Origin: the human T2T-CHM13v2.0 reference genome, Homo sapiens
Assembly (NCBI RefSeq): GCF_009914755.1
Contig: NC_060943.1
Length of the DNA: 64,000 nt
Direction: 5' to 3' (one strand)
The notes beneath the pieces are model-generated. The model was not told the DNA's origin, did not search any database, and saw nothing but the letters and a program-made list of their open reading frames with translations. Made by a program: the position numbers and the translations under genes. This document shows positions 48,385 through 64,000 of the stretch, one piece after another. Position 1 is the stretch's first letter. Each line of letters begins with the position of its first letter.

Positions 48385-48868
48385 TGAGTAACTGGGATTA
48401 CAGGCATGTGACACCAGCCCGGCTAATTTTGTATTTTTAGTAGAGATGGGGTTTCACCATGTTGTTCAGGCTGGTCTCCAACTCCTGACCTCGGGTGATC
48501 CACCCGCCTTGGCCTCCCAAGGTGCTGAGATTACAGTCGTGAGCCACCGCACCCAGCCCATGCCCTCCTTTTACAAGGAAGAAAACAGGCAGGCAGAGGG
48601 AAGAGCAGGGGCGGGGGTTTTGCTACCTGAGCTGGGAGGGGCTTCTTTGCAGGTGAATCACAGTTCCCAGCAACCCCTGGGCTGGTCAGCCTTCTTAGCA
48701 GCCAGAATTACCCTGTGTCCCTTTCCTGGACTCTGGGCTTGTGAGGGCTTAAGGGGTGGGGCCCTGGCTGAACCCTGAGGCTGGAGAAGGGTTGGGGCTT
48801 CTGCCTGGGTCCTCCCCAGAGTCAGGCTGAGGCATTCAGAGCCCGTTCCTCCCATCCTCTCCCTCTAG

Positions 48869-49186
48869 TCTGGTTCCCCAGTGGCCACCTTCAAGCAGCA
48901 CGTGGCCCCCGTGACCTCCGTCGAGTGGCACCCCCAGGACAGCGGGGTCTTTGCAGCCTCGGGTGCAGACCACCAGATCACACAGTGGGACCTGGCAGTG
49001 GAGCGGGACCCTGAGGCGGGCGACGTGGAGGCCGACCCCGGACTGGCCGACCTCCCGCAGCAGCTGCTGTTCGTGCACCAGGGCGAGACCGAGCTGAAGG
49101 AGCTGCACTGGCACCCGCAGTGCCCAGGGCTCCTGGTCAGCACGGCGCTGTCAGGCTTCACCATCTTCCGCACCATCAGCGTCTGA
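48869..49186 (+). CDS. GRWD1: GRWD1 coding exon 7
   Basis: [22 protein letters not shown]...[11 protein letters not shown]...IFRTISV-stop; the seven exons total 1341 nt = 446 aa. Confidence 0.96.
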   Translation, partial: SGSPVATFKQHVAPVTSVEWHPQDSGVFAASGADHQITQWDLAVERDPEAGDVEADPGLADLPQQLLFVHQGETELKELHWHPQCPGLLVSTALSGFTIFRTISV

Positions 49187-49498
49187 GGCGTCCCACTGGC
49201 TCTGATCTTGCTTCCTGCTTGGAAACTGAAGTCGAATTGGGCTCCCCTGGAAGGGGTTCATTCAGGTCTGTTGACTGAGACTGGCCGGCCTGTGGGCTGC
49301 CGTGATGGATTCTGTTTGACGTATTGTTCTCTAGAAGGCCTGGCTCTGATCCAGTGACCCCTCTCACCAAAGAACTCGGTTTAACCAGGGCTCTGTAAGA
49401 CCACTCCCACCCAGAGACTTGTGTGGCCTGGTGTGGCCTGTGTGTCGGATTCCTTCCTGTCAGCTGTGACCCATTTGACCTGTGTCCCCAGAACCCAG

Positions 49499-49802
49499 TT
49501 TTTTGTTTGTTTGTTTGAGACGGAGTCTTGGTCTGTCGCCCAGGCTGGAGTGCAGTAGCACGATCTTGGCTCACTGCAACCTCCGCCTCCTGGGTTAAAG
49601 TGATTCTCTCAGCTCAGTCTCCCAGGTAGCTGGGATTACAGGCATGTGCCACCACACCCCGTTAATTTTTGTATTTTTAGTAGAGACGGGGTTTCACCAT
49701 GTTGGCCAGGCTGGTCTCAAATTCTTGATCTCAAGTGATCTGTCCGCCCCGGCCTCCCAGAGTGCTGGGTTGGGATTACAGGCGTGAGCCACCGCGTCCG
49801 GC
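49499..49802 (-). mobile_element. Antisense Alu in the GRWD1 3' UTR
   Basis: Alu consensus between the stop codon (49186) and AATAAA (50038). Confidence 0.92.
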
Positions 49803-50037
49803 TCAGGACCCAGTTTTGGCTGCTGGTTCCCAGCAGGGGACTCGGGGGATATACAGTGGCTGCACCAAATTGGAGGTGTGGGTTCCTCCAACACAATTTG
49901 CTTCTGCCCGTTGTCTTCCTGCCAGCTGGGTTTGGCCAGGATTTCTCCGTGTGGGGGCTACATGCGACCCTCTCCCCTCCTCCCTGACTTTAGAGGCTGG
50001 TGCTGTGTCGGGAGGAAGGTCAGGGCTCCTGAGCAGC

Positions 50038-50043
50038 AATAAA
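50038..50043 (+). terminator. GRWD1: GRWD1 proximal polyadenylation signal AATAAA
   Basis: First AATAAA after the stop codon, with GU-rich sequence (ggtgtattt) downstream. Confidence 0.7.
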
Positions 50044-51169
50044 GGACCAGGAAGAGGCCTGAGGTGTATTTGAGACTCTGGTCCTTTGGCCACAGCCCTA
50101 TGAGGAAACGGGGTGTGGGGGGAGTTTGGGGGTGGGGAGGAATTTGGCACCAGCTGCCCCCAGGCCGCTAGGCTGGGGGAGGCCACTGGGAGTCCAGTGC
50201 AACCCAACCTTCCGCCCACTGGGTGCCGCCGCGTTCTGCCTTCTCTAAGTGTCCTTCCATCTGGAACTCACTCTGGCTTAGTGAAAGGGGCCTCATCCCT
50301 GACCCCCACCAGCTTATGAAGGCTTCATCTCAGGGAACTCTGGACCCCCCATTTCTCCCTCCGTCCATCTCCCCTTTATCACGTTTCTTTCTTTCTTCTC
50401 TGTGTCCCCCTCTTTCAGAGTCTCCCGTCCCCCACTGCCAGTCTCCCTGCCCCCTAGTCGCTGTCTCGCTCCTCCGCCGCCGTCTCCTGTCCAGCCTGCC
50501 TGGGCTGTGGCCCAGCCGCTCTGCCTGGCTGGCCTCCCTGGCTCCCCCTCTGCGGCTCTGAGCTAGCCCCACCCCCGGCCCCCCTCCATCCAGCCTCTGA
50601 TCCATCTGTGGACTCCAAGGTCGGGTGCCCGTCACACGGCCCCTGGGACCAAGGACAGACTACAGCCCCTCAGCACCCACAGAGGCTTCCCCTCAGCCCT
50701 AGCCGAGGAGCCCCCAGCGGAGGGCATGGGGGTGGGCCGCCCCAACAGGTACGTGCCTCCATGCAAGGCACCGCTGAGCCATCCCCTCCTGCTCTGCTGC
50801 GTCGCCCCCATCCACCCCTGCCCCAGCATCCCTGTCCTCAGCTTGTCCCCTTCAAGAAGGCCTTGTCTTCCCATCAGTGACAGGCTCAGCGCCAGGAGAA
50901 TCCACCCCCAGGTTCAGTGCCTCCAACTCTCACCCCATCCCCATTTTATGCATTTTCTCACTGGCTTCCATCCTTTCAGAGAAACCCTCTCAGTCTGTCT
51001 GTCTCTGTCTCTGTCTCTCTCCCCCATCTCTGTCTCTCCCATCTCTCTCTGCCTCTCTCTGTCTTCACAATTTCATCTCCCCATGTCGCCATTTCTTAAA
51101 ACATTTCTTTTCTCCTTTTCGTTTTCCCAATTGCCCTGTCCGCCTCTATCTTCTCTGTCCCTCTCCATC

Positions 51170-51365
51170 TAGGTCTCTGTCCCCCCCTCTCTCTGGGTCT
51201 CTGTCCCCCTCTGTCTCTGAGTCTCTATCCTCTCAAGGTCTCTGTTCCCCTCTCTCTGGGTCTCTGTCCTCTCTCAAGGTCTCTGTCCCTTTCTCTCTGG
51301 ATCAATGTCCCTTTCCTGCTGCCCTCTCTGGGTCTCTGTCCCCCTCTCTCTCAGGGTCCCTGTCC
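51170..51365. repeat. CT-rich ~22-24 bp minisatellite (GGTCTCTGTCCCCCTCTCTCT) inside a ~450-nt pyrimidine tract
   Basis: About 7-8 imperfect copies. Confidence 0.8.
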
Positions 51366-51739
51366 TGCTTGGTCCCTGTACTTTTTCTTGGGGCACCCTC
51401 TCAACACCCCTCCTCCTGCCTATCTCTGCATCTCTTTGTCTTTCTGTAGTCTCTGCTTTCCAACCTGCTGTCCAGCCCCCACCAGTAGGTGGGGAGTGGT
51501 GGGGAACACCCCTGGTTTCGGAAGAGTGAGAGTGTTGATTTGGGAGGGTGAGGGTGGGGCCTGGGGGCGGGGCTTCTTGGCCTCAGATTAGACAGTGACT
51601 TTGACACGAAGTTGAAGCACCTTAAGCCCTGTATCTCCTTTATATGGAAACATTAAGCTGCTCTCGCAGGTCAGGTGGAGGATCCCTTTCCCTCCCGCCC
51701 TGCTTTTGCTAGGGGAGGGGGGTGCCCTGAGCCTGAGTC

Positions 51740-52019
51740 GCAGCCAGCCTGGGAGCTGGGCCATGTTGGCCGCAGATGGCCCCCTGGTGAAGGTTCCCGT
51801 TGGCTTTGGGAAGTAGACAACGGGTCTGCCTCACGGGGCTGAGGTGGGACTGGAGGATTTCGAGGGCAGAACTCTGGGAAGGAAAGAAAGGCTTAGGACC
51901 CAACCAGCATTCCCCCTGGCACTGCGGGGGCCTGGCCAGCTCATGGCGTTCCCTGAGCCTGTTCCCCAACTGTGAAAGGGGGTGATGATCTTCACCTCCC
52001 GGCATCCTGAGCGGCCAAG
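51740..52019 (+). other. KCNJ14: Probable non-coding 5' exon of KCNJ14 (start approximate)
   Basis: Unique GC-rich sequence ending in a strong donor AAG|GTGAGC at 52019/52020, upstream of the KCNJ14 acceptor. Confidence 0.5.
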
Positions 52020-53009
52020 GTGAGCAGTGGGGTCTGAGAGTCCAGTGGGGGCTGTGGGCATGTCGGGAGCTCATCACGAGGCCTCGTACATACCAGGTGT
52101 GTTTGAAACCAGAGTGCTCTTGAGAAGACTGTGGTTTGTCACTCGGGCCGTGGCTCCCAGGAGGCCTGGGTGGGAGGCTAGCTTTTGCCACTCCTCTCCC
52201 CACTGGCTGAGAGACCTGCGACAAGGGACTAACCTCAGCCCCAGTTGGCTTTTCTGTGAAAAGCCAGGTCCCTTCATCAAAGGGCTTTGGTGAGAGATGG
52301 GCAAGTGGGGGTGAGAGGCCCAGGCTGGGGCCTGGGGAGCACAGGTCAGTGTCAGTGCCCACCTGCCCCCCCAGCCCACGGGGGTGGTTCCTGAGGGTGG
52401 AGTCAGTGCTGAGTGGGGATCCCCAGGCTGGGGAGGGCTGCAGGTGTAGATGCTGCATCCTGATGTTGACCTCCAGGCCGCCCCCTTGGGCAACGAGCCT
52501 ATTTCCCCTTTTTGGGAGAACAGTCTCTAACATGCAGGGTTGTCAGGGGTGAGATAGAGTCAAGGTTGGGGTACACTGTGGGCACTGGACACAGCCAGGC
52601 TGGTCCCCTCACCTCAGCCTTGCCTCTGTCAAGTGGGCCTAATGAACCCTCGCGAATGGCCAGGCTGCCTGCGTGGTTGTGGGAAGCAGGTGCAGGGCTT
52701 TGGGAGACCCAGTTGGTGCCAAACTTGACATTGTCTCATGGTCTTCTTTCCAAATGGAGTGTGCCAGGCCCTGCCAAGAAGCCCCTGAGGATCCCCAGGT
52801 TCCAGCACAAATTATTTAACCCCTGGAATGGTTTGTCCTGATCCAGCCAGTTCCTGGGAAGTTCCCCACCACAGGGCCAAGCGTTTGGTAACGTTGCAGT
52901 GAACCCTGAAGGCAATGAGGGGTGCGGGTCCATGCCCAGCCCTTTCCTTTGGTCCACCCTGACAGGCTGCTGCGATTCCCTCCATTTCTTTTCTTCCTTT
53001 ATTTTTTAT

Positions 53010-57713
<4,704 letters not shown>

Positions 57714-57849
57714 TGCGTATCGTTCCACCTATTTGACAGATGAGGCCACTAAGCCCCACCAGAAAGCATGCTTGGCCGATGAGCTCATCCATTCCTGTTG
57801 CCCCTGACGTTTCTGCCGGTTTCTTGTCCCAGCAGGTTGGGGGCGCCTG

Positions 57850-58720
57850 CCCCCCACTAGGCCAAGTGGAGGGGGTCCCTCCGTCCAATGGGCCTGGCCA
57901 GGGCCCTACGCCGCCTCAGCGGCGCCCTGGATTCGGGAGACAGCCGGGCGGGCGATGAAGAGGAGGCCGGGCCCGGGTTGTGCCGCAACGGGTGGGCGCC
58001 GGCACCGGTGCAGTCACCCGTGGGCCGGCGCCGCGGTCGCTTCGTCAAGAAAGACGGGCACTGCAACGTGCGTTTCGTAAACCTGGGTGGCCAGGGCGCG
58101 CGCTACCTGAGCGACCTGTTCACCACATGCGTGGACGTGCGCTGGCGCTGGATGTGCCTGCTCTTCTCCTGCTCCTTCCTCGCCTCCTGGCTGCTCTTCG
58201 GCCTGGCCTTCTGGCTCATTGCCTCGCTGCACGGCGACCTGGCCGCCCCGCCACCGCCCGCGCCCTGCTTCTCACACGTGGCCAGCTTCCTGGCCGCCTT
58301 CCTCTTCGCGCTGGAGACGCAGACGTCCATCGGCTACGGCGTGCGCAGCGTCACCGAGGAGTGCCCGGCCGCTGTGGCCGCCGTGGTGCTGCAGTGCATT
58401 GCCGGCTGCGTGCTCGACGCCTTCGTCGTGGGTGCTGTCATGGCCAAGATGGCCAAACCCAAGAAGCGCAACGAGACGCTGGTCTTCAGCGAGAACGCCG
58501 TCGTGGCGCTGCGCGACCACCGCCTCTGCCTCATGTGGCGCGTCGGCAACCTGCGCCGCAGCCACCTGGTCGAGGCCCACGTGCGTGCCCAGCTGCTGCA
58601 GGTGCGCCCGGGAGGAGAGGCGGGGACTTCCGTGAGCCCTGGGGGATTGTGGGAGATGTAGGCCCGAGGGCGAGGGGCGTGCGGTCCTGGAGGGGGCGTG
58701 GACTACAACTCCCAGCAGCC
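57850..58720. promoter_or_regulatory. CpG island over the KCNJ14 first coding exon and intron start
   Basis: Dense CpG, with GC boxes and ZNF143-like motifs at its 3' edge. Confidence 0.8.
57888..58601 (+). CDS. KCNJ14: KCNJ14 (Kir2.4) first coding exon; the exon begins at the CAGCAG acceptor (57833 or 57836)
   Basis: MGLARALRR...[11 protein letters not shown]...[12 protein letters not shown]...ETQTSIGYG (selectivity filter)...LDAF (rectification Asp)...KPKKR (PIP2 site); donor CAG|gtgcgc. Confidence 0.97.
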
Positions 58721-60343
58721 TCTTGGGCCTGGGGCCTGCGAATGGGTCACTGGGCAGCTGGGGATGTAAACCCAACAGAAAGGTATGTGACCAGCTCTTC
58801 CTGGAGGCCTGGATTTGGGGCATACAGAGCTTCCTGTGGCTTGAGGATTGCCCGCCTGTGGGTAGACCCCAAAAGGGCCACGCCTGGCCTGTCAAGGCTC
58901 TGGGCCGTAATTCCCAGAAGCCTCTGGGTCAAGGGACCTGTCCAAAGATGGGGTGGCCTCAGATGCAGCTTTGCGAGGGGGTGGTGGAGGGCCTGCGTGA
59001 CCGTTCTATTACTCGGGTGTACAATTCCCACTGGACACTGTGGCACAGTCGGAGGCCTGTGACTTGAGGCCCCCGGGAGAAGCAGGCCCTGGAATGGGTG
59101 CAGCTCATCGCTGTGGAGCACAGTTCTCCAGGCCTCTAGGTGTGGGGTCCTGCGGCATCTGTGGGAGAATTCATTCCCCACCTCAGTGGCCCATTGTGTC
59201 CCACCAGCCTCCTAACCTCTGAGAGCAGGGTGGAGGTGGCAACGAAACGAAACTGCACCTCCCATTGGCCCCTGGGGTACTGGCTCCCTCCCTGCCCTGA
59301 GGAAGGGGCCTTAGCGTTCCTAGAATTGTGGTCAAATTGCTCAAACATCTCCGTTCCCAAGAAACTCTGGGCCGGCAGCTGCCGTGGCCCAAGTAAAGTG
59401 ACTTTAGGACTCTGGGCTGAGGCTGGACTTGGAGAGGATCGGGGGTGGTGGGAGCTGCAACTCCCAGCCGCCTCTGGGGTTCCTCTACTTGGGGCTTCCA
59501 GAGACACTTACAAGAGGAGGATAGATGCCCACCTCCCACTTCAATCTCCTGCCTGAAGCTTTGAGATACCAGGATTCATGAATAGGAGGGACACTGGCTC
59601 TTGCAGAAGTCGGTGGGGCAGTGACTTGGCCTGGGAGGTGGCTATGGAACCAGCGGGTAGGCGGGGGTGAAATACCCACACCCCCACAAAGCGTGCTCAC
59701 ACACAGAATGACATGGAAGGGTTTGCAGTTGCCCTGACAGCTAGGATAGCTCAGGGGAGAGCCCAGGGATAAGCCTGAGGCAGTGGTGGGTGCAGAATGT
59801 TGGACCTAGGTTGCCCTAACTCCCCCTTCTTGTCATCTGATTTATCTTTCTCTGGCCACATACTAAAAGCCATTTTTCTCTCCCGCTCCTTCTCCAATTC
59901 TCTGTTGAATGTCATCCTTATTTTCCGTTGTCGCTTTGATTTCATCTCTGTCTTGCTGATTTCTGTGTCTCTATGCCAATATCACTCTGTCCCTCTCTCC
60001 TCTTCCCCCACCACGCCCCTCTTCCCGTTTTCTACCCCCAAACCCTGAGTCTCTTTCCTCTCTCTTTATCTCTGGGTCTCTGTCCCATGTCCCATGTTTT
60101 CTCTGGACCTCCATCCTCCCCTCCTGGGTCTCTGGCTCCCTTACTGGGTTTCTGTGCCCTCCCCTGCCTCTCTGACTTCCTCTCTCTCTGGGTTGCCGGC
60201 CCCATCTCTTGATCTGTGTTCTCACCCTTTTCTTCACTCCTGTGGTCTTTGCCTTCTTTCTCTGCATCTCTTCCTCTCTCTCACTTCGTCTCTGCCCGTC
60301 TCTGTGCTCCCTGCTGTCTTTGGCTCCTCGCCTCCTGCTGCAG

Positions 60344-60940
60344 CCCCGTGTGACCCCAGAGGGTGAGTACATCCCGCTGGACCACCAGGATGTGGATGTG
60401 GGCTTTGATGGAGGCACCGATCGTATCTTCCTCGTGTCCCCCATCACCATCGTCCATGAGATCGACTCTGCCAGTCCTCTGTATGAGCTAGGACGTGCCG
60501 AGCTGGCCAGGGCTGACTTTGAGCTGGTGGTCATTCTCGAGGGGATGGTTGAGGCCACAGCCATGACCACACAGTGTCGCTCGTCCTACCTCCCTGGTGA
60601 ACTGCTCTGGGGCCATCGTTTTGAGCCAGTTCTCTTCCAGCGTGGCTCCCAGTATGAGGTCGACTATCGCCACTTCCATCGCACTTATGAGGTCCCAGGG
60701 ACACCGGTCTGCAGTGCTAAGGAGCTGGATGAACGGGCAGAGCAGGCTTCCCACAGCCTCAAGTCTAGTTTCCCCGGCTCTCTGACTGCATTTTGTTATG
60801 AGAATGAACTTGCTCTGAGCTGCTGCCAGGAGGAAGATGAGGACGATGAGACTGAGGAAGGGAATGGGGTGGAAACAGAAGATGGGGCTGCTAGCCCCCG
60901 AGTTCTCACACCAACCCTGGCGCTGACCCTGCCTCCATGA
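60344..60940 (+). CDS. KCNJ14: KCNJ14 last coding exon
   Basis: [13 protein letters not shown]...[18 protein letters not shown]...FCYENE (ER export motif)...LTLPP-stop; total 1311 nt = 436 aa, with no C-terminal PDZ motif. Confidence 0.97.
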   Translation, partial: PRVTPEGEYIPLDHQDVDVGFDGGTDRIFLVSPITIVHEIDSASPLYELGRAELARADFELVVILEGMVEATAMTTQCRSSYLPGELLWGHRFEPVLFQRGSQYEVDYRHFHRTYEVPGTPVCSAKELDERAEQASHSLKSSFPGSLTAFCYENELALSCCQEEDEDDETEEGNGVETEDGAASPRVLTPTLALTLPP

Positions 60941-62218
60941 TGCAAACTGATGTCCCCTTCCCCGTGTATGCCCCCTTCCCCAAGGTAGCAAGATGGAGGG
61001 ATGGGGCTCTCTCCTGGGATGGGGGCAGGTGTTCCTGAATACCGACAGGCCTGCTGGGTAAATGACTAGGTGGTAAGGTTCTGCCATGCCTGGTGACCCA
61101 CCATGGACATACTGGACCTTAATTCCTCTGCTTCTGTGCTCCCTCCTGAGAACCCTTTATGAGCCTGATTCCTCAGTCTCACCAGAATTCTGGATCACCC
61201 AAGAGGAAAAGACTGGCAGTTCTAGATTCCTCTATATGGGGAGACCTGGATTGTTGACCAGGGTGAGAAGCCAATGGTATAGACTGCCTCTGGGGAAGCA
61301 AGTTGGCAGTTCTTGAACAGCATCAGATATCAAGAGTTTGTAGGTCTGGATTCACCTAAGATTCAAGGGAGTGTTGCTTCTCAACTCAGCCAACTGAGTA
61401 GCAAATCATTTGTTCTAGACCACCTAAGGAGGGAAGGTTATGGAATGCCCCAAGTATTCAAGATCATCTTGATTGACCAAAGACCAAAAAAAAAAAAAAG
61501 ACCTGTGGTTCCAGAAAGCTCATTAGTTGAGATTCTGTGAGTCTAGGTTGACCACAGAGGCAAGCACTGGTGAGTCTAGGACAGATTTTACGTGGAGAGT
61601 TGAACTACTCCAGAAACTAAAGAGTAATGTTTCTAGAATGCACAAAACATTGTTAGTCTGTGGGTTTAGAAAGACTGAAGTGACAGATTAAGAGTTCTTG
61701 ATATTAGATAACTCCAACTTCTGGCTGTAGAGCACCCAGCCAAGAGAATAAGCAGTGCTTTGAAAGGATCCACTGGGTGGGTTGTTTTTTTTTAAAGTGC
61801 CATTCTAGAATGTCCAAAGGGAATCAGGATTCTGTGGCTGTAGACTGATCACAGAGTCAAGGAAGCAGTGGCAATTCTAGATATCTGAGATTTTGCTGGT
61901 TCCAGTTTGCCCAATGGAGTTGAGAATCTCAATGATTCTAGATGACTTCTTGTGGTTCTGTAATGCCAAAAGGAATGAAGGCTCCAGGGATACAGAGTTG
62001 TCCATTACCAAAGCCTGGAAGTTCTCATCACCTCCAGGTGGACTGCTTGGCAGTGCTAGGAGGTGGACTCAGGACTTCAGAAGCAACATTTCTGGCCTGA
62101 CCTGGAAGGTGAAGGTGAAGGTGAGACCCTGTAGGGCACAGGGCTAATTAGTGGACAAGGGAAGGGGGAGGCCCAGGGCTGGTGAGTCTAGAATGCTCTG
62201 GAACCCTACACCTAGTGA

Positions 62219-62542
<324 letters not shown>

Positions 62543-63122
62543 GTGTGTCTGTTTCTTAAAGATATTATACATATGTATATTATATATATGTAATATAAAT
62601 ACAGATATCTATCTATTTTTTCCCTTGGTCCCTACAACAGGCTTAGAGATGGAGTGCTAGCTAATTGGAATGAGGTCCTTTTCAAGGACCCCAGAAGCTT
62701 TGCTCTAAATCCCAATGCTGCCCCAACTTACTGTGTCACTTTGGACTCCTCTTCATGTCAGTTTCCCCATCTGTAAAAACGGGACATTGGAACTTGAAGT
62801 TCTTCAGGGGCCTTTCCAGCAGGATGAGTCCTCACTACACCAAGGGTGGGATGGGCATTCGAGTCCTGGGGATTTCCCTCCTCTCCCCAGTGCTGGATCA
62901 TACGGCCTTCCAGGAGACGCTGGGATGTAAGATACTCTTGGAGGCTGGCTCTGAACTCGGGTGTCTGAATCACAGGGCAAGGGTAGGCGTGGGCTGTGGC
63001 TAACAGCCAGAGTCACTTCCCTGGCCTAGCTTGGGGACCTGGGGAGGAGGAGGTAGCTCTGGACACCAGGGTTCTTCCCATTGTGGGAGAGTGAGTGTTT
63101 TAGGGGGAGACCTGTCCCCCAG

Positions 63123-63128
63123 ATTAAA
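63123..63128 (+). terminator. KCNJ14: Candidate KCNJ14 polyadenylation signal ATTAAA
   Basis: I saw no AATAAA after the stop codon; this ATTAAA is followed ~25-45 nt later by GU-rich tgtgtct/tgtgttt. Confidence 0.45.
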
Positions 63129-64000
63129 GAACTGGGAGCCCTAGCGGATGTGTCTGCGAATGTGTTTCTCGAGCATGGGTCCTCCGACCTGGCCCCCTGC
63201 CCATGCTACCATCTACCTAAGTGCCCCGCAGGCTGGGAGCCAACTGCAGAGGGAGCCAGTGACAGTGAGGAGGACGTGTTCCCACCCCGTGTTCTGGACC
63301 GAGGGCAGCCACTGTCATTGCCATTCAGCCTTCACAAGTGCTGCATCAACCCAAATGCCCCCTCCAGCTTCTCCATCTCCCTTTATCCCTCAGAATCCCC
63401 ATGTAATAACCGGATGGGATTAATTAGCTGGCTGCTCTCTCAGCTCAGGGTGTCTGGGGTAGGTAGGGATGGGGGCAATGGAAACGCAGGGTTGGGGAAG
63501 GATGTTAAGTTGGAAGTGAAGGGGCAGGGAGGGGGTTTCGTTTGAAAGGAGTATGGGAGCAGGGCAGCCCAGCCTGGGTTTCCACTGGGGAGGGCAGGGC
63601 CTGGGCCACTCATAAAGGTCAGTGAGGGGATTAGGAGCCTCCATGTCTAATCCGACAGCTTAACTAGGTCCTGGCCCTGAATCCGTCTCCACCTGCCCAG
63701 CCCAGGGACAGCAAATGAGGACGAGGCCCAGACACCACTTCAGCCCCCATTACGGCTTCCCTCTTTACAGGGGTGCCTGGGTTCCCTATTCCAGCCAGTC
63801 CCTTGACCACATTCCGTTACAAATAATGGGACATAGAGGCTGGGGAAGGGGAAGGGGAAGGGGCCTCAGAGGAGGGAGGAGTTTAAGAAGGGCAAGGGTG
63901 GCTGGGCACGGTGGCTCACGCCTATGGGCACGGTGGCTCACGCCTAGCACTTTGGGAGGCTGAGGCGGGTGGATCACCTGAGGTCAGGAGTTTGAGACCA

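Noticed and set aside
50670-50690. Possible REST/NRSE site (TCAGCACC...)
   Set aside because: Only the left half-site matches; the right half GGACAG is absent.
51709-52533. 274-aa minus-strand ORF
   Set aside because: Low-complexity GC-rich chance ORF with no domain features.
60209-60343. Hydrophobic N-terminal extension of the 243-aa ORF, resembling a signal peptide
   Set aside because: It is the translation of the intronic polypyrimidine tract with a non-ATG start; the true exon begins at 60344.
63900-63946. 22-bp duplication at the start of the terminal Alu (similar case at 57415-57450)
   Set aside because: Ordinary slippage inside Alus, with no functional indication.

Overview
This is primate (human-like) genomic DNA, recognisable as the 19q13.33 cluster GRIN2D - GRWD1 - KCNJ14, with all three genes on the + strand. 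The last 11 coding exons of GRIN2D (NMDA receptor GluN2D) span 881-40106; its start codon lies upstream of the window. GRWD1 is complete (7 coding exons, 42174-49186, 446 aa), as is the KCNJ14/Kir2.4 CDS (2 coding exons, 57888-60940, 436 aa). Hand-spliced exons all have GT-AG boundaries and join in frame. The introns are very Alu-dense and also carry L2, MIR, L1, MaLR, LTR8 and DNA-transposon relics, and most short ORFs in the track are Alu artefacts. No CRISPR array, tRNA or rRNA is present. The most notable unexplained signals are: (1) a candidate upstream KCNJ14 exon encoding a Kir2.1-like N-terminus (MGVGRPNR) that would splice in frame but meet a single TAG; (2) a tandem array of six miR-128/miR-27 seed matches in the GRIN2D 3' UTR; (3) many ZNF143/SBS-like motifs in introns, including an inverted pair next to the GRIN2D pore exon and a cluster in the KCNJ14 intron; (4) a KCNJ14 intron bounded by a 9-bp direct repeat with a ~290-nt AG-free acceptor zone; and (5) minisatellites and duplications born inside transposons. 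Repeat-family names are from memory of consensus sequences, not from a search.
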